Origin: Promethearchaeota archaeon
Lineage (GTDB): Archaea; Asgardarchaeota; Lokiarchaeia; Sigyniarchaeales; SOKP01
DNA: 64,000 nucleotides
Reading direction: 5' to 3'
Assembly: GCA_048937405.1 (NCBI GenBank)
Contig: JBHLNF010000001.1
Coordinates: forward strand, 352,001 to 416,000
Shown: positions 29,040-40,328 of the stretch, piece by piece
How the letters are laid out: every line of letters begins with the position of its first letter
Numbering within the stretch: the first letter of the stretch is position 1
Position numbers and translations under genes: made by a program
The notes under the pieces: model-generated
Told to the model about the DNA's origin: nothing
What the model saw: the letters and a program-made list of their open reading frames with translations, nothing else
The model's database searches: none

Positions 29040-29306
29040 GATTTCGTCTAAATATGAATATACATTTCAAACCTAAAATAAATTTTTTAGGAAATGAATA
29101 ATTAGAATCTCCAATAATTACAAATCACTAGGTTTGAAACATAATACTCTCACAATAACATATTAATCAACTGAACTGCTTAATTATGATTTCGCCTAAA
29201 AAGGTTATTCACAATTAAAGTTTTGAATATAAATTAAATAAGAAACATAACAATCAGAATTTAGATAGATAATATTAAATTCAAGAAAAATAGATTTATA
29301 TTTCTT

Positions 29307-29687
29307 ATGATTCCTTCAAAGAAAATAATCCCTCTATTAAGAAAGATACTCAAAGGCGATCAAGGTATAAAAGCAATTTATATAACAGATGAATCTGGAG
29401 AGATAATTGCTAATACAATCAACGAGTCTTTTCAATTAAATGATATAGAATTTTTTGCTAAAAAAAGTGTTATAATCTATAAAGGATTGAAAAAGATTGA
29501 AAATTCACAAATTATTGGAGATTTTAATTATCTTACAGCAGAATTCTATGAAAATGGTAGAATCACTTATATTTCTTTGAAAAACCATGTTGTAGTAATA
29601 ATAGGTGAATATTGTCCTAATGTAGGGATGATACGTGTCATAATAAGAAGTGTCCGCGAGGAATTAACTAAAATTCTTTATGGGTAA
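29307..29687 (+). CDS. Roadblock/LC7-like protein
   Basis: 126 aa; GIKAIYITDESGEIIA...EFYENGRI...NVGMIR. Confidence 0.7.
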   Translation: MIPSKKIIPLLRKILKGDQGIKAIYITDESGEIIANTINESFQLNDIEFFAKKSVIIYKGLKKIENSQIIGDFNYLTAEFYENGRITYISLKNHVVVIIGEYCPNVGMIRVIIRSVREELTKILYG

Positions 29688-30357
29688 AAATTGATTGCTT
29701 TGGAGGATTTTAATATTGGCTTTTATCTGAAATATATTATAGATAAAATCGTTGATTTATATAAAAGAAAGATATTCTCTATAATTGACTAATATAGTGA
29801 TAAAATAACCATAAACTTAAGAAATTTGGATAAGGGTTCAGTTTAATTACTTGTCATTCAGTTTTAAACACTACTTTTTCAGGAGGGCATACCACGGGGG
29901 AGGGTGGAAATAGAGTTAATAAAAAAGTGTTTTACTAATTTAATCTTCTATAGGATACCAAGCTGTTAAATCTATTCTGTTAAAATCAAGAATAATCTCT
30001 TCACATTCTCCTATATTCCTTTCCTCAATTTTTGAAATATCTCCATAAGATATAGATCCTATAGTTTAACAAGGTTATCTTCCTGGATATTAAAAATAAA
30101 ATATTTAAGACTACTAAAACTGAATTGAGAGATAAGAATAAGATTAGAAATTCTATAGAATCTAGAAAATTTGAAATTTATATTCTTAATAAATATTATT
30201 CTTAAAAACCTCAACTAATTATAAATAACCTGTAATTGAAACCTAATAATAGGTAAATGCATGTATTGTATGTACTATGTGTCGATTTCTTAACAAAATT
30301 GTAAATCCTTAAATATAATTTTGGTTTAACAATATTATTCAAAAAAAGGGTGTTACA

Positions 30358-31107
30358 TTGGGAAAAGATGGGAACTATGGTTTAGACTATTGGAATAATA
30401 AGTGGAAAAAAAATCAAATCATTTATGCAAAAAGACCTTTAAGGGGCGATTCTTATTCAAAAGAAATTTCTATTGATGTAAAGAGTTTCATTAAAAAAAA
30501 TGATGTAATTATTCAGAATAAAATTAAAGAACATAATTTAATAAGGAATAATAATAATGATACTGCTATTGCGTGTCAGAATTTTGTATGTGGTTTTCTT
30601 CGCTATCGATATGATGATATTTTAGCAGAATGTCCTGAGTTTTGGCAATTTCCTTATGAAACAATTCAATCAAAAATAGGAGATTGCGAAGATGGGGCGA
30701 TTTTAATGTCATCATTGATGATCAATGCGGGGATTCCTTCTTGGAGAGTAAAAGTATGCGTAGGGCATGTTTTAACGGATCCAGTATTTACTCTATCAGA
30801 AACCAAAGTAGGAGGACATGCCTATTGTATTTATCTTGCTGATATAGAAAATTCTGACAGGAAATTAGAGTGGGTCATACTCGATTGGTGCTATTTACAG
30901 GACCCTGAATTATCAATCGAGGAAAAACCCTTAGCTCGAGATGGCGGTCAAGAAAGTGCATATAAAGATATATGGTTTACTTTTAATGATGAATTTAGTT
31001 GGAGTCCAGAATCATTTAAGATTAAATCAGATAGAATTAGTAAACGACGTGAAATAATAAAAGAAGAAGCTTTAGCTACACCAGAAAATTTGGAAATGAA
31101 TAATTAA
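30358..31107 (+). CDS. Transglutaminase-like cysteine peptidase
   Basis: FWQFPYET...GDCEDGAIL..., GGHAY, WVILD catalytic triad pattern. Confidence 0.85.
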   Translation: MGKDGNYGLDYWNNKWKKNQIIYAKRPLRGDSYSKEISIDVKSFIKKNDVIIQNKIKEHNLIRNNNNDTAIACQNFVCGFLRYRYDDILAECPEFWQFPYETIQSKIGDCEDGAILMSSLMINAGIPSWRVKVCVGHVLTDPVFTLSETKVGGHAYCIYLADIENSDRKLEWVILDWCYLQDPELSIEEKPLARDGGQESAYKDIWFTFNDEFSWSPESFKIKSDRISKRREIIKEEALATPENLEMNN

Positions 31108-31132
31108 AAGCAAAAAATTGAGGATATTTTAA

Positions 31133-32041
31133 ATGAGTTTAACAATACTAGGAATTATCCTAGATACAATCTTATCATTAGTTATTGTTTTATATCTTAT
31201 TTGGGATCATCTTAAAGACGATCGTCTTTTAACCAAAAGAGTCCAAGAATTTTATAGTGATATTGAAAATTTAATTTACTATTATTATTGTAATGAAATC
31301 GCAAAAGAATTTTTAAAAATTTACAGAGGAAAAATTGAAATTCCATTAAAATTGCAAGAATTAAATGAATCTTCTAATAAACATTATTTTTACAAAATTA
31401 AAGTTAAGAAAGCGTTCAAAAGAAATTCTAAATATCTGGGATTAATATCATTGAAAGAAGAAAAGGAAAAAGAAGAACAAGAAAAAAAAGGGGAAAAAGA
31501 AGAGGAAAAAAAAGGAAAAAGTGATTATATTAATGAAACTTTTATGATTTTAAATGAAGAGGGAGTACTAACAAAACGACTTGGGAGTAAGATAATCAAA
31601 GATTGTTCAGATATAAAACCAGAGGAAATTGACGAGATTAACAAATATCTAGAAAGTTTACGTACATATTGGACCAGCAAACACCATAAATTTTTTACAC
31701 CAAAATTGGAAGAAAAAGTTGATTTCAAAAAAGATCTCATGAATTATATTCAAAATCTTGAGAAAAAATTTAAAGCCAAATCTAAAGAAGATTTATTATT
31801 AAAAGGGAATCTCTCATATTTTTCAAAAAACTATGATGAGGCTATCGAATTTTTTAATCGAGCTCTCGAGATCGATTCGCAATTTAAAGAAGCTTGGTTA
31901 AATAAGGGAATAACGTTAGCTAATCAAGAGAAGTATGGGGAAGCTATGAAATGTTACAAGGAAGCACTCAAGATTGATCCAGAATTTAGGGAAGTTGAGC
32001 TCGCTGTAAATTATATAATTAGAAAGGTAAAAAAAAATTAA
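31133..32041 (+). CDS. Membrane-anchored TPR protein
   Basis: N-terminal TM; two C-terminal TPRs (YDEAIEFFNRALEID, AWLNKG...EAMKCYKEALKIDP). Confidence 0.8.
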   Translation: MSLTILGIILDTILSLVIVLYLIWDHLKDDRLLTKRVQEFYSDIENLIYYYYCNEIAKEFLKIYRGKIEIPLKLQELNESSNKHYFYKIKVKKAFKRNSKYLGLISLKEEKEKEEQEKKGEKEEEKKGKSDYINETFMILNEEGVLTKRLGSKIIKDCSDIKPEEIDEINKYLESLRTYWTSKHHKFFTPKLEEKVDFKKDLMNYIQNLEKKFKAKSKEDLLLKGNLSYFSKNYDEAIEFFNRALEIDSQFKEAWLNKGITLANQEKYGEAMKCYKEALKIDPEFREVELAVNYIIRKVKKN

Positions 32042-32613
32042 TATTAAAGCTAAAATAGTTGGATTTTAAATAATTCAAGTATGGAACTTGAATCTAATAC
32101 GGAGAAAGCCTTGGAAATCATTAATGAGCTTGATTCTATACTAACAAATAATCCCAATTTATTACATTTTTTTATGCAAGTCGAATTCTATAAAGCTAAA
32201 ATTTATTTAGTTGGATTCTAAAGCTTTCAATATAAAATTTTGATTTAGCTATTACTCCCCAACCTTATTAAATCAACGAGATAATTATTTTTTCCTTAAA
32301 TTTCTTAGTAAATCAGACTTTGAATTAACCCTTCTTGTATAATTAACATTATAAAAAACTAGTAGTATAAAATTTTTTTCTAGCATAAAAAAAAAGAAAA
32401 ATTCGAAAAATTAACAAAAGAAATCCTTAAGATCCAGAAAAAGGAAATTTAATGGTTTTTCTAAATTTTTAAAAATTCATATTATTAATTTGCAAAATTA
32501 AGAAATATTATTCATACTATTTGTAAAGATCCTTTTTTCCCTTTTAGTTAAAATATATAAACATAAAGTGATATTCACTGTAATAAAAAACAATTAAATT
32601 TGGTATCATCTTT

Positions 32614-34542
32614 TTGAATTTTAAAAATAACAAAGATTTTAGTTGTTTTAACCCTAATTTTAATTCTCCAAAAAATATTAGAGAAAAATGTATTGATGGA
32701 ATTCAAAAATTTGGACAGAGAATAGAACAATCTAGAAAATTAGATGGTTGCATAAACAGTTCGATAAAAAAATCATTAAATCGTAATATTAACGTTTTTA
32801 AACATTTGAAATTAAAAAAAGAGGAACTTCAAAACTATTTAGACTATTACATTGAAAAATATGCGAATATTTATTCAAATAGGTTTAAAACAATTGATTT
32901 AAATAGAAATAGGGTTGAAAATCCTCAAGTTTATAATGAATTTGTACATAGGATAATAAAAAATGGACAGATCCCTTACATTGTTTATGAGATATGTGAT
33001 AATGAGACAGGATGGATTCGTGTAGGTTGGTCAAGTCATTCCCCAGATGAACGGATGAACTGGTATCTCCTTAGATCATTTTCTCCAAATCTTTCTGCAA
33101 ATATGGCTAATATTTATTATGAGATGGCAAAAATTGGATCAAAGAGAAAATGTTTAGCTCGTTTTGATATGAAAGTCAGATATGTATTTTCAACTAAAGG
33201 TGAAGCCCAAATAATGGAAGAATTCTTAACAATTTTTAGAAACCGTGCGGATAATCCTGATGGATATGATCTTACACTTAATAACGAATATAACAAGATA
33301 GTAGGGGACATATATAAAAGAGGTTTGCGTGGGAGTTTTCCTAAAGCTTCATTGAATCCAAAGTGGTGCGATGTACCTCCTATTCCTCTTGCTGATGCCA
33401 TATTAAACGGATCTGAAATGAATGAATTAGAATCTTTATTTGAGGTGAGTTCAAGAACTATTAGAAGGCGTTTTAGAGCTTATGGTTATGGAGTACGGGG
33501 GACTTATGATCTGATAGATGCACGAGCTTTTTTACTAAAACCTTATATTATTAAAGGAATTAAAAGAGCAATGTCGCAAGAAGAGTTTTTCAAGTTTTGT
33601 GAGAAAGAGGGTATTAATCTATTTAAGAATTTTAAATTTATAAAGAATAAGGAAAATTCTAGAGGTTCTTTTTTCCGTAGAATGTTAAAACAAATATGGA
33701 ATACTTCAAAACATAAGGAAGTACGGTATCAGGTAATTAGTGATTATATTATATCAGCTATTACTAAACCTGATATTACTCCTGGTGAAGCAGAATTTGA
33801 AGTTAGAAGAATAGTAGATTTTAAATACGAGAGAGAGTTTGCTCGAATTTGTAATCATGTATTTGGTCGAGATTTTGTTAAACAAAGAGATGAAATTTAT
33901 AAGCCAATAATTAGAAAATTAGCATTAAAATATCATAATCACCGAGATATTAACTTAAGAATTGCGATTGATTTAGGGATGTGTAAACGTTATGATCTAT
34001 TAAAATCAAGAAAAAATGCAGCTAGATGGATTGGACAATACATAAAAAGAAATTTTGGTGTTAGTGGAAAAAATTTACCAAATACCATAAATCCTAAAAT
34101 TCCTAAATTTAAATCAATCAAAGAACATATAAACGAGTATATGGAAGAAAATCCTATAGCCAGACCAAAAGAAGTTTATGAAAAATTCCCAAACTTTAAT
34201 CTTGAGACAATAAGACATGCCATAAAAGAATGGAAAAAAGATAATAAAGATAAGATAGAGAGATTTTCAAGCATATTAATTGAACAATACATAGATGAGA
34301 TGGATTTAGATAAAAATTTGGAAACAAAAGCTAAAAAAATTTTAGAAAGTTTCATAACTTCTAAGAAACCTCCATTAAATAGTGAATGGAAAGCTATTAT
34401 TGGTGGAGTAATATACTTTACCTCAAAATTGTTAGATTATGATATTTCTTATAATCAAATTGCAGAATATCTCAATGTTGACAGCCATACTATTAGTAAA
34501 AGATATAGAGAAATAGTCACTGAATTAAATTTAAGAACTTGA
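32614..34542 (+). CDS. GIY-YIG-like nuclease + HTH + C-terminal TFIIB cyclin-like repeat
   Basis: YIVYEICDNETGWIRVGWS...ER...E...GYD; HTH ELESLFEVSSRTIRRRF; IIGGVIYF...ISYNQIAEYLNVDSHTISKRYREI. Confidence 0.6.
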   Translation: MNFKNNKDFSCFNPNFNSPKNIREKCIDGIQKFGQRIEQSRKLDGCINSSIKKSLNRNINVFKHLKLKKEELQNYLDYYIEKYANIYSNRFKTIDLNRNRVENPQVYNEFVHRIIKNGQIPYIVYEICDNETGWIRVGWSSHSPDERMNWYLLRSFSPNLSANMANIYYEMAKIGSKRKCLARFDMKVRYVFSTKGEAQIMEEFLTIFRNRADNPDGYDLTLNNEYNKIVGDIYKRGLRGSFPKASLNPKWCDVPPIPLADAILNGSEMNELESLFEVSSRTIRRRFRAYGYGVRGTYDLIDARAFLLKPYIIKGIKRAMSQEEFFKFCEKEGINLFKNFKFIKNKENSRGSFFRRMLKQIWNTSKHKEVRYQVISDYIISAITKPDITPGEAEFEVRRIVDFKYEREFARICNHVFGRDFVKQRDEIYKPIIRKLALKYHNHRDINLRIAIDLGMCKRYDLLKSRKNAARWIGQYIKRNFGVSGKNLPNTINPKIPKFKSIKEHINEYMEENPIARPKEVYEKFPNFNLETIRHAIKEWKKDNKDKIERFSSILIEQYIDEMDLDKNLETKAKKILESFITSKKPPLNSEWKAIIGGVIYFTSKLLDYDISYNQIAEYLNVDSHTISKRYREIVTELNLRT

Positions 34543-34628
34543 TTTTCTTTTTCTTTAAAAGCATAATTGTTTTAGGACTAGAATCATTATATTCTGTATT
34601 ATTTTATACTCACCTAGAAGATAATATC

Positions 34629-37628
34629 ATGCTTACTGAGGAAATGGTAAATAATTTAAAAGAATGTAAAACAGATAAAGATCTTAAAAGAGAGTTTAAA
34701 AAAATTGCTTCAAAGGACCCTGAGAAATACTTCCCTACTAAGGAATTGAAGCAATTAGGTTATATGAGAAAACAATGTAACTGCTGTGGCACTTATTTCT
34801 GGACTGTATTAAAAGAAAGAACTGTCTGTGGCGACCCTGTTTGTGCAGGGGGATTCCAAGTCACGAAAAATAATCCAATAAAAGTAAAATTGTCTTATAT
34901 AGGTGTTTGGGAGAAATTTGTCGAAGTCCTTGAACCAAGAGGGTATAAACCTATAAAAAGATACCCTTGTGTTGCTAGATGGAATCCTACATCAGAATTC
35001 ACGATAGCATCAATTTCAGCATTTCAACCTTATGTTATTACTGGTGAAGTTGAACCTCCTGCAAAAAAACTGATTATTCCTCAGTTTTGTCTAAGATTCA
35101 ATGATATTGAAAACGTAGGACTTACAGGTTCGCATGCTTCAGGCTTCACAATGATAGGACAGCATACATTTGTATCCCCTGAAGAATGGAACCAAAGTCA
35201 ACTTTTTATGGATATACATGATTTTATTCATAAAGGTGTGGGGTTACCAAAAGAAGAAATAACAATTCATGAGGACTCATGGGCAGGTGGTGGTTCTTTT
35301 GGTTGCAGTTTAGAATTTTTCAGTAGAGGTGTAGAACTTTTTAATCAAGTGTATACTATGTTTGAGCAAACTCCTGAGGGTCCACGAGAACTTAAGCTTA
35401 AAGTTCTTGATATGGGGTTGGGTCAAGAACGCGTGGCATGGTTTTCCCAAGGTACACCAAATATGTACGAGGCTATTTTTCCATTAGTATTATCAAAGTT
35501 AAGAGAAATTACTAAAATCGAGTTAGATTTAGAATTATATAACAAATTTTCAGAGTTTTCAGCGTATTTAAATATAGATGAAGTCGATAATATGGACGAA
35601 GCGTGGCAGAGAGTAGCTAAAAAATTAAGCATTAATGTTGAAGAATTACAAGATAAGATCCTACCTATGACTGGTCTCTATTCTATTGCTGATCATGCTC
35701 GAACCTTATTATTCGCCATTAATGATGGAAAATTACCTTCTAATGTAGGAGGAGGATATAACTTAAGAGTAATATTTAGACGTGCTATCAGTTTTATTGA
35801 TCACTTCAATTGGGACATTAATATTGCTGATATTTGTGAATGGCATGCCAGAGAACTAAAGAATATATTTCCAGAAGTATCAGATCATTTAGTTGAAATA
35901 AGAGAAGTTCTTGATGTTGAAAAAGAAAAATTTTATGCAACCAAGAAAAAAGCAGGAAAAATTCTAGAAAGAGAATTAAAAAAAGGTGAGTTATCAACTG
36001 AAATTCTCATAGAGCTGTATGATTCTAACGGCATTAGTCCTGATATGGTAAAAACAGCAGCTAAAAAGTTTGGTGTAAAAGTGAAAATTCCAGCTGATTT
36101 CTATAGTTTAGTTGTCAAACGACATGAAAAATCTGAACAAGTTCATGCTACAGGAAAAGAAATTGAATTAGATCTAAGTGATATTCCTGAAACAAAATCT
36201 CTTTATTATTATGACTATACTAAAACTTCTAATAAAGCAAAAGTCTTAAAAATTATTGACAAAATGGTCGTATTAGATAAAACAGTAGTTTATCCTACTT
36301 CTGGAGGGCAACTTCATGATATTGGAAAAATCAATGGACAAAAATTCTCTGATGCCTTTAAACAAGGAAATTATACAATTCATGTCCTAGATGAAAAACC
36401 TTTTTTTAAGGAGGGAGATACCGTTAAAGTTGAAGTTGATAAGGATTGGCGTACTCAACTCTCCCAACATCACACTGCTACCCATATTGTAAATGCTGCA
36501 GCTCGAGAGGTTTTAGGAAGCCATGTGAATCAAGCAGGAGCAAAAAAAACACTAAAAAATTCTCACTTGGACATAACCCATTATGAACAAATTCCAAGAG
36601 ATAAATTGCTGGAAATTGAAATGAAAGCAAATAAAATAGTTGAGAAAAGAATAGCTGTTCATTTAGATTTTATACCTCGCAGTGAAGCAGAAAAGAAATA
36701 TGGTATGACAATATATCAGGGAGGAGTCGTCCCTGGAAAAAATCTGAGAATTGTTGAGATACCAGGTGTAGATGTAGAGGCTTGTGGAGGTACACATCTG
36801 AATAATACTTCAGAAACAGGATATATTCATATTACTAAATCACAAAAGATACAAGATGGGATTGTCAGACTTACATTTGTGGCTGGAGAAGCAACAAATA
36901 AGCTAAAAAACACACACACACATATACTTGAAATATTAAAAACCATTTTACATGTTGAACGTAAGTTGCTTGTTGGACGTGTAACAGAATTACTTGAAAA
37001 ATGGAAAAATATCAATAAAGCGTTGAAAACTGGTAATATAGATGAGGATGATTTGCATTTAACCTCTACTGAAATATTTGAAGGTGATGTACTATCAGAG
37101 ATTTCTCAAATACTTGGAACTAAAAAAGTCGATGTACCTTCTAAAACTCAAAAGTTAATGGAGGAATGGAAAGAAAATAAACAAAAATTACATCAGAAAG
37201 ATATTGGTATTTATTTAAGTAAATCATTTGCAGAGAATTTGTATGATAAAACTGAACAACATGAACCATATACCTTCATTTATCATACCTTTAACGATAT
37301 AGCTCAAAAAGATTTAAACAATATAAGCTCAAACGTTCAAAAATATGTGAATAAACCTACTGTTAATTGGTTTTTTGATAAAACTCAAAAAGGAACATAT
37401 GTTGTTGGAATGATGTCTCCAGAAATTGCTGAAAACACTGATATTAGTTTAAATAAATTTATAAGCGAAGAACTACAAGATTATGAATTTAAAGGAGGGG
37501 GTAGAGATACTTTTGTATCTGGATATATAAGTAATGAACAAGGAAAAACTAATACTGTTGCAAATCGTTTTGAAGCAAGCTTTAATAAATATATTGAAAA
37601 AAAAATTAAGAAGAAAAAAAGTAGCTGA
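34629..37628 (+). CDS. alaS: Alanine--tRNA ligase, archaeal type
   Basis: N-terminal Zn ribbon, VARW, QFCLRFNDIENVG, DMGLGQER, PSNVGGGYNLR, editing HHTATH and EACGGTH; start moved to ATG 34629. Confidence 0.97.
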   Translation: MLTEEMVNNLKECKTDKDLKREFKKIASKDPEKYFPTKELKQLGYMRKQCNCCGTYFWTVLKERTVCGDPVCAGGFQVTKNNPIKVKLSYIGVWEKFVEVLEPRGYKPIKRYPCVARWNPTSEFTIASISAFQPYVITGEVEPPAKKLIIPQFCLRFNDIENVGLTGSHASGFTMIGQHTFVSPEEWNQSQLFMDIHDFIHKGVGLPKEEITIHEDSWAGGGSFGCSLEFFSRGVELFNQVYTMFEQTPEGPRELKLKVLDMGLGQERVAWFSQGTPNMYEAIFPLVLSKLREITKIELDLELYNKFSEFSAYLNIDEVDNMDEAWQRVAKKLSINVEELQDKILPMTGLYSIADHARTLLFAINDGKLPSNVGGGYNLRVIFRRAISFIDHFNWDINIADICEWHARELKNIFPEVSDHLVEIREVLDVEKEKFYATKKKAGKILERELKKGELSTEILIELYDSNGISPDMVKTAAKKFGVKVKIPADFYSLVVKRHEKSEQVHATGKEIELDLSDIPETKSLYYYDYTKTSNKAKVLKIIDKMVVLDKTVVYPTSGGQLHDIGKINGQKFSDAFKQGNYTIHVLDEKPFFKEGDTVKVEVDKDWRTQLSQHHTATHIVNAAAREVLGSHVNQAGAKKTLKNSHLDITHYEQIPRDKLLEIEMKANKIVEKRIAVHLDFIPRSEAEKKYGMTIYQGGVVPGKNLRIVEIPGVDVEACGGTHLNNTSETGYIHITKSQKIQDGIVRLTFVAGEATNKLKNTHTHILEILKTILHVERKLLVGRVTELLEKWKNINKALKTGNIDEDDLHLTSTEIFEGDVLSEISQILGTKKVDVPSKTQKLMEEWKENKQKLHQKDIGIYLSKSFAENLYDKTEQHEPYTFIYHTFNDIAQKDLNNISSNVQKYVNKPTVNWFFDKTQKGTYVVGMMSPEIAENTDISLNKFISEELQDYEFKGGGRDTFVSGYISNEQGKTNTVANRFEASFNKYIEKKIKKKKSS

Positions 37629-37700
37629 TTAATCCACTTAGTTAAATATCGAAAAAATTAAAAAATACTTCAAAATATAATTAAATCTTTAGTATTAACA

Positions 37701-38270
37701 TTATTCTTCTCTAATGATTAAATAGAGAGATTCATTACGAATAAACGCTTCAACAAAACAACTCCAATTATCTTTCAAAACTTTCTCAAAATATTTTGCC
37801 CAAAACTCGCTATAATCTTTTGTTAAATCATGATTAAATCTCATTTGATATGTACCTTTATCGTTCTTCTCTAATTCTATATTGTAAAAATAATTGGCTG
37901 CTTGCCACATCCCCTTAAGTCCATTTAGAAATTCTTCAAATGTCATGATTTCTATCCTTTTCCCTAGATACCATTCAATTGATTCAACGGCAATATTTTT
38001 TGTGAAAACATCCTCAACCTTACCAGTGATATAGTTAAGATATGTTGTTTTTCCAACTAAAAGCATATTTAATTCATCTCTAGCTCTACACCATATACTT
38101 CTTTGATCTTGTAATTTTGGTTCTTTAAATTTTTTTAATGATTTAATTGCGGCGTCTACAACAGCAGATTTTGAACCAAATTCTTCTTGATATTGCTGTA
38201 AAATTTTATAAGATTCATGCGAAACGGTCGCATGAACAGATTTTTTGTAATCTCTTTTCTCTTTTGACAT
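37701..38270 (-). CDS. Regulator with N-terminal RHH-like domain and C-terminal ligand-binding-like domain
   Basis: SVHATVSHESYKILQQYQEEFGSKSAVVDAAI. Confidence 0.6.
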   Translation of the reverse strand: MSKEKRDYKKSVHATVSHESYKILQQYQEEFGSKSAVVDAAIKSLKKFKEPKLQDQRSIWCRARDELNMLLVGKTTYLNYITGKVEDVFTKNIAVESIEWYLGKRIEIMTFEEFLNGLKGMWQAANYFYNIELEKNDKGTYQMRFNHDLTKDYSEFWAKYFEKVLKDNWSCFVEAFIRNESLYLIIREE

Positions 38271-38300
38271 GATTTTGATAATATAATAAGTAATATATTT

Positions 38301-38323
38301 TTATGACATATATAATGTCATAA
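38301..38323. promoter_or_regulatory. Palindromic operator TTATGACAT-N5-ATGTCATAA in divergent promoter
   Basis: Perfect 9-bp inverted repeat; extra TGACAT half-sites at 38348 and 38369. Confidence 0.65.
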
Positions 38324-38398
38324 TCTAACATAATATTTAAATATTAATGACATTTCATAAAATATATCTGACATATTTATTTTATATTTTCTAAGGCA

Positions 38399-38584
38399 AT
38401 GAAAACTACAATGAATACAGATAAGATAGGTTTTAATGAATTAGAGAAGAAAAATATAAAATTACCATCTTGTTATGGTAATTTTAATAATATGTCTGCT
38501 ATTTGTCAGAAATGTGCAATAAAAGCCCAATGTAAAAAAATTCCCCCTCCAAATGATGTTGATTGGTGTTGTAATCCCCCTTAA
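38399..38584 (+). CDS. Small Cys-rich protein
   Basis: 61 aa; PSCYG...CQKC...QC...WCCNPP. Confidence 0.65.
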   Translation: MKTTMNTDKIGFNELEKKNIKLPSCYGNFNNMSAICQKCAIKAQCKKIPPPNDVDWCCNPP

Positions 38585-38620
38585 CTATTTAATAATAAAA
38601 ATACTATAGTGAAGTGATTT

Positions 38621-39796
38621 ATGGAACAAGAAGTCTATGAAAGTTATATTGGTGGATATAAATGGAGATCAAGTGATAAAATATATTACAAATTAACTGG
38701 AAGAAAAATTAATTCCAAATATTTTCCAACCATTCCAGTTTCTGTCAGTTATTTACCTGATCTAATACCCAATAAAAATCTATTTGGTTTGTTTTGGAGC
38801 ACTCCAACTTTCAAAGATACTGATTGTCAATACTTATTTCATGTTTATGATGAGTATGATATCGATATTGTTATCTCAACGTCTTCTGGAAATACAGTTG
38901 AAAGTATGGCCAACGTTATAAAAAGGTATAATCAAGAATCAAAAAAAAAAATTAAAGCTATTCTGTTAGTTCCGGAAATTTCTTCATTTAAAGTTTCTAA
39001 AAATGCTATTGAGAATAACCCTTATGTTTATTACATTGTTTTAAAAAATTCAACTTTAGATAGTATAAGAGAATTTGCTAGTAAACTTAAAGAAAAATTG
39101 TTAGAAAGGTTTAATGTAATTTTGGCGGACGCAAATTTAAAAACAGCTGCATACAGTCAAGTTGGTTTTGTATTAGATCACATGAATCTCTTAAATGATG
39201 ATGTGTGTTTTGTTCAGACAGTATCAGGAGGGGTTTGTCCTGCTGGAGTGATTGAATATGCTTCATTATATGATATTAATCCTGAATTTTTAGTAGTTCA
39301 ACCTTTTGATAGTAAGACTACTCCAATAATCGATGCTCTAAATGAACATTCAGTAGGTCACGATCCATTTGAAATTTTTAAGAAACAGAATTATGAAACT
39401 TCCAATATTGAGACCACATTAGGTAGTACTAAACCGCTATACGCGATTGAAAAATTTATTCAATGGAGAGAACATGGAGGAAAAGTTCTCGCTGCCAAAA
39501 TTTCCCAAGAAGAACTTTGCAATCAAAAAAACAAAGTTTTAAAATTACTAGTTGATGTAGGAATATATCCTACAATTGATCTAGCTTTAAAATTTTTCGA
39601 ATTGGAAAAGAGTGGAATAATAGCATTCATTGGAGCGATTAAATCTGCTAAAAAAATAAATTCAAATAATATAATCGTAAATTTTACAGGAAGATATCCT
39701 GAAAAAAATTCCTTTTTTCCAAGTTCTGCTACTCCTCATATTTTGTATAATCCAGAACAAGGGATAGAACACTTAATTACAATGTTGAATATTTAA
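38621..39796 (+). CDS. Fold-type II PLP enzyme (threonine/cysteate synthase-like)
   Basis: TPTFKD (PLP Lys), SSGNT, QTVSGGVCPAG, VQP, EKSG, NFTG. Confidence 0.75.
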   Translation: MEQEVYESYIGGYKWRSSDKIYYKLTGRKINSKYFPTIPVSVSYLPDLIPNKNLFGLFWSTPTFKDTDCQYLFHVYDEYDIDIVISTSSGNTVESMANVIKRYNQESKKKIKAILLVPEISSFKVSKNAIENNPYVYYIVLKNSTLDSIREFASKLKEKLLERFNVILADANLKTAAYSQVGFVLDHMNLLNDDVCFVQTVSGGVCPAGVIEYASLYDINPEFLVVQPFDSKTTPIIDALNEHSVGHDPFEIFKKQNYETSNIETTLGSTKPLYAIEKFIQWREHGGKVLAAKISQEELCNQKNKVLKLLVDVGIYPTIDLALKFFELEKSGIIAFIGAIKSAKKINSNNIIVNFTGRYPEKNSFFPSSATPHILYNPEQGIEHLITMLNI

Positions 39797-40103
39797 ATAT
39801 GTAATTTCATAAGTTCTCTTATTTTTATACTTCTATCGATTCTTTTCGTCTATATAGACTATATATACCTTATATAATATGATGAGAGTACTTATAAATC
39901 AAAAGTATTTAACTTTAATTAAAGTGAAAAAAGTCACTATATATTGATAATGTTTAATCAAATTCTATTCATATTAATAGATCAAAAAGATGATTACTTA
40001 AAAATGAAACAAAAAGTGGCTCAAACACCTCTAGAAAAATCAATTGATAATATTCTTGAAAGAATTGATAAAGATATTAAAAAGATAATCAACCTAAATC
40101 AAA

Positions 40104-40328
40104 TTGAATATAAATTATAAAAATACAAATTTTGAGGAAAAAAATATGAAAACTGTATATAAAGAGTTTTGCTGTCCAGAATGTGGAGAATTACGCTATA
40201 TAAATGTTAATGGTATTTGTTTTAACTGCAAAACTGAAAAAACTCTTACCTTCTTAGCAGAACAACGTAAATTGCAGCAAAATCTCGAACCAGTAAATCA
40301 TATCATCAATAATAATAATTATACTTAA
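40104..40328 (+). CDS. Small Zn-finger protein (probable start 40146)
   Basis: CPECG...GICFNC. Confidence 0.6.
   Translation: MNINYKNTNFEEKNMKTVYKEFCCPECGELRYINVNGICFNCKTEKTLTFLAEQRKLQQNLEPVNHIINNNNYT

Noticed and set aside
29690-30350. Gene-free stretch with a G-rich patch near 29880-29910
   Set aside because: Looks like decayed coding sequence; no ORF, repeat or stable fold I can support.
32081-32221. 46 aa TPR-like fragment
   Set aside because: Too short to call; possibly a remnant.
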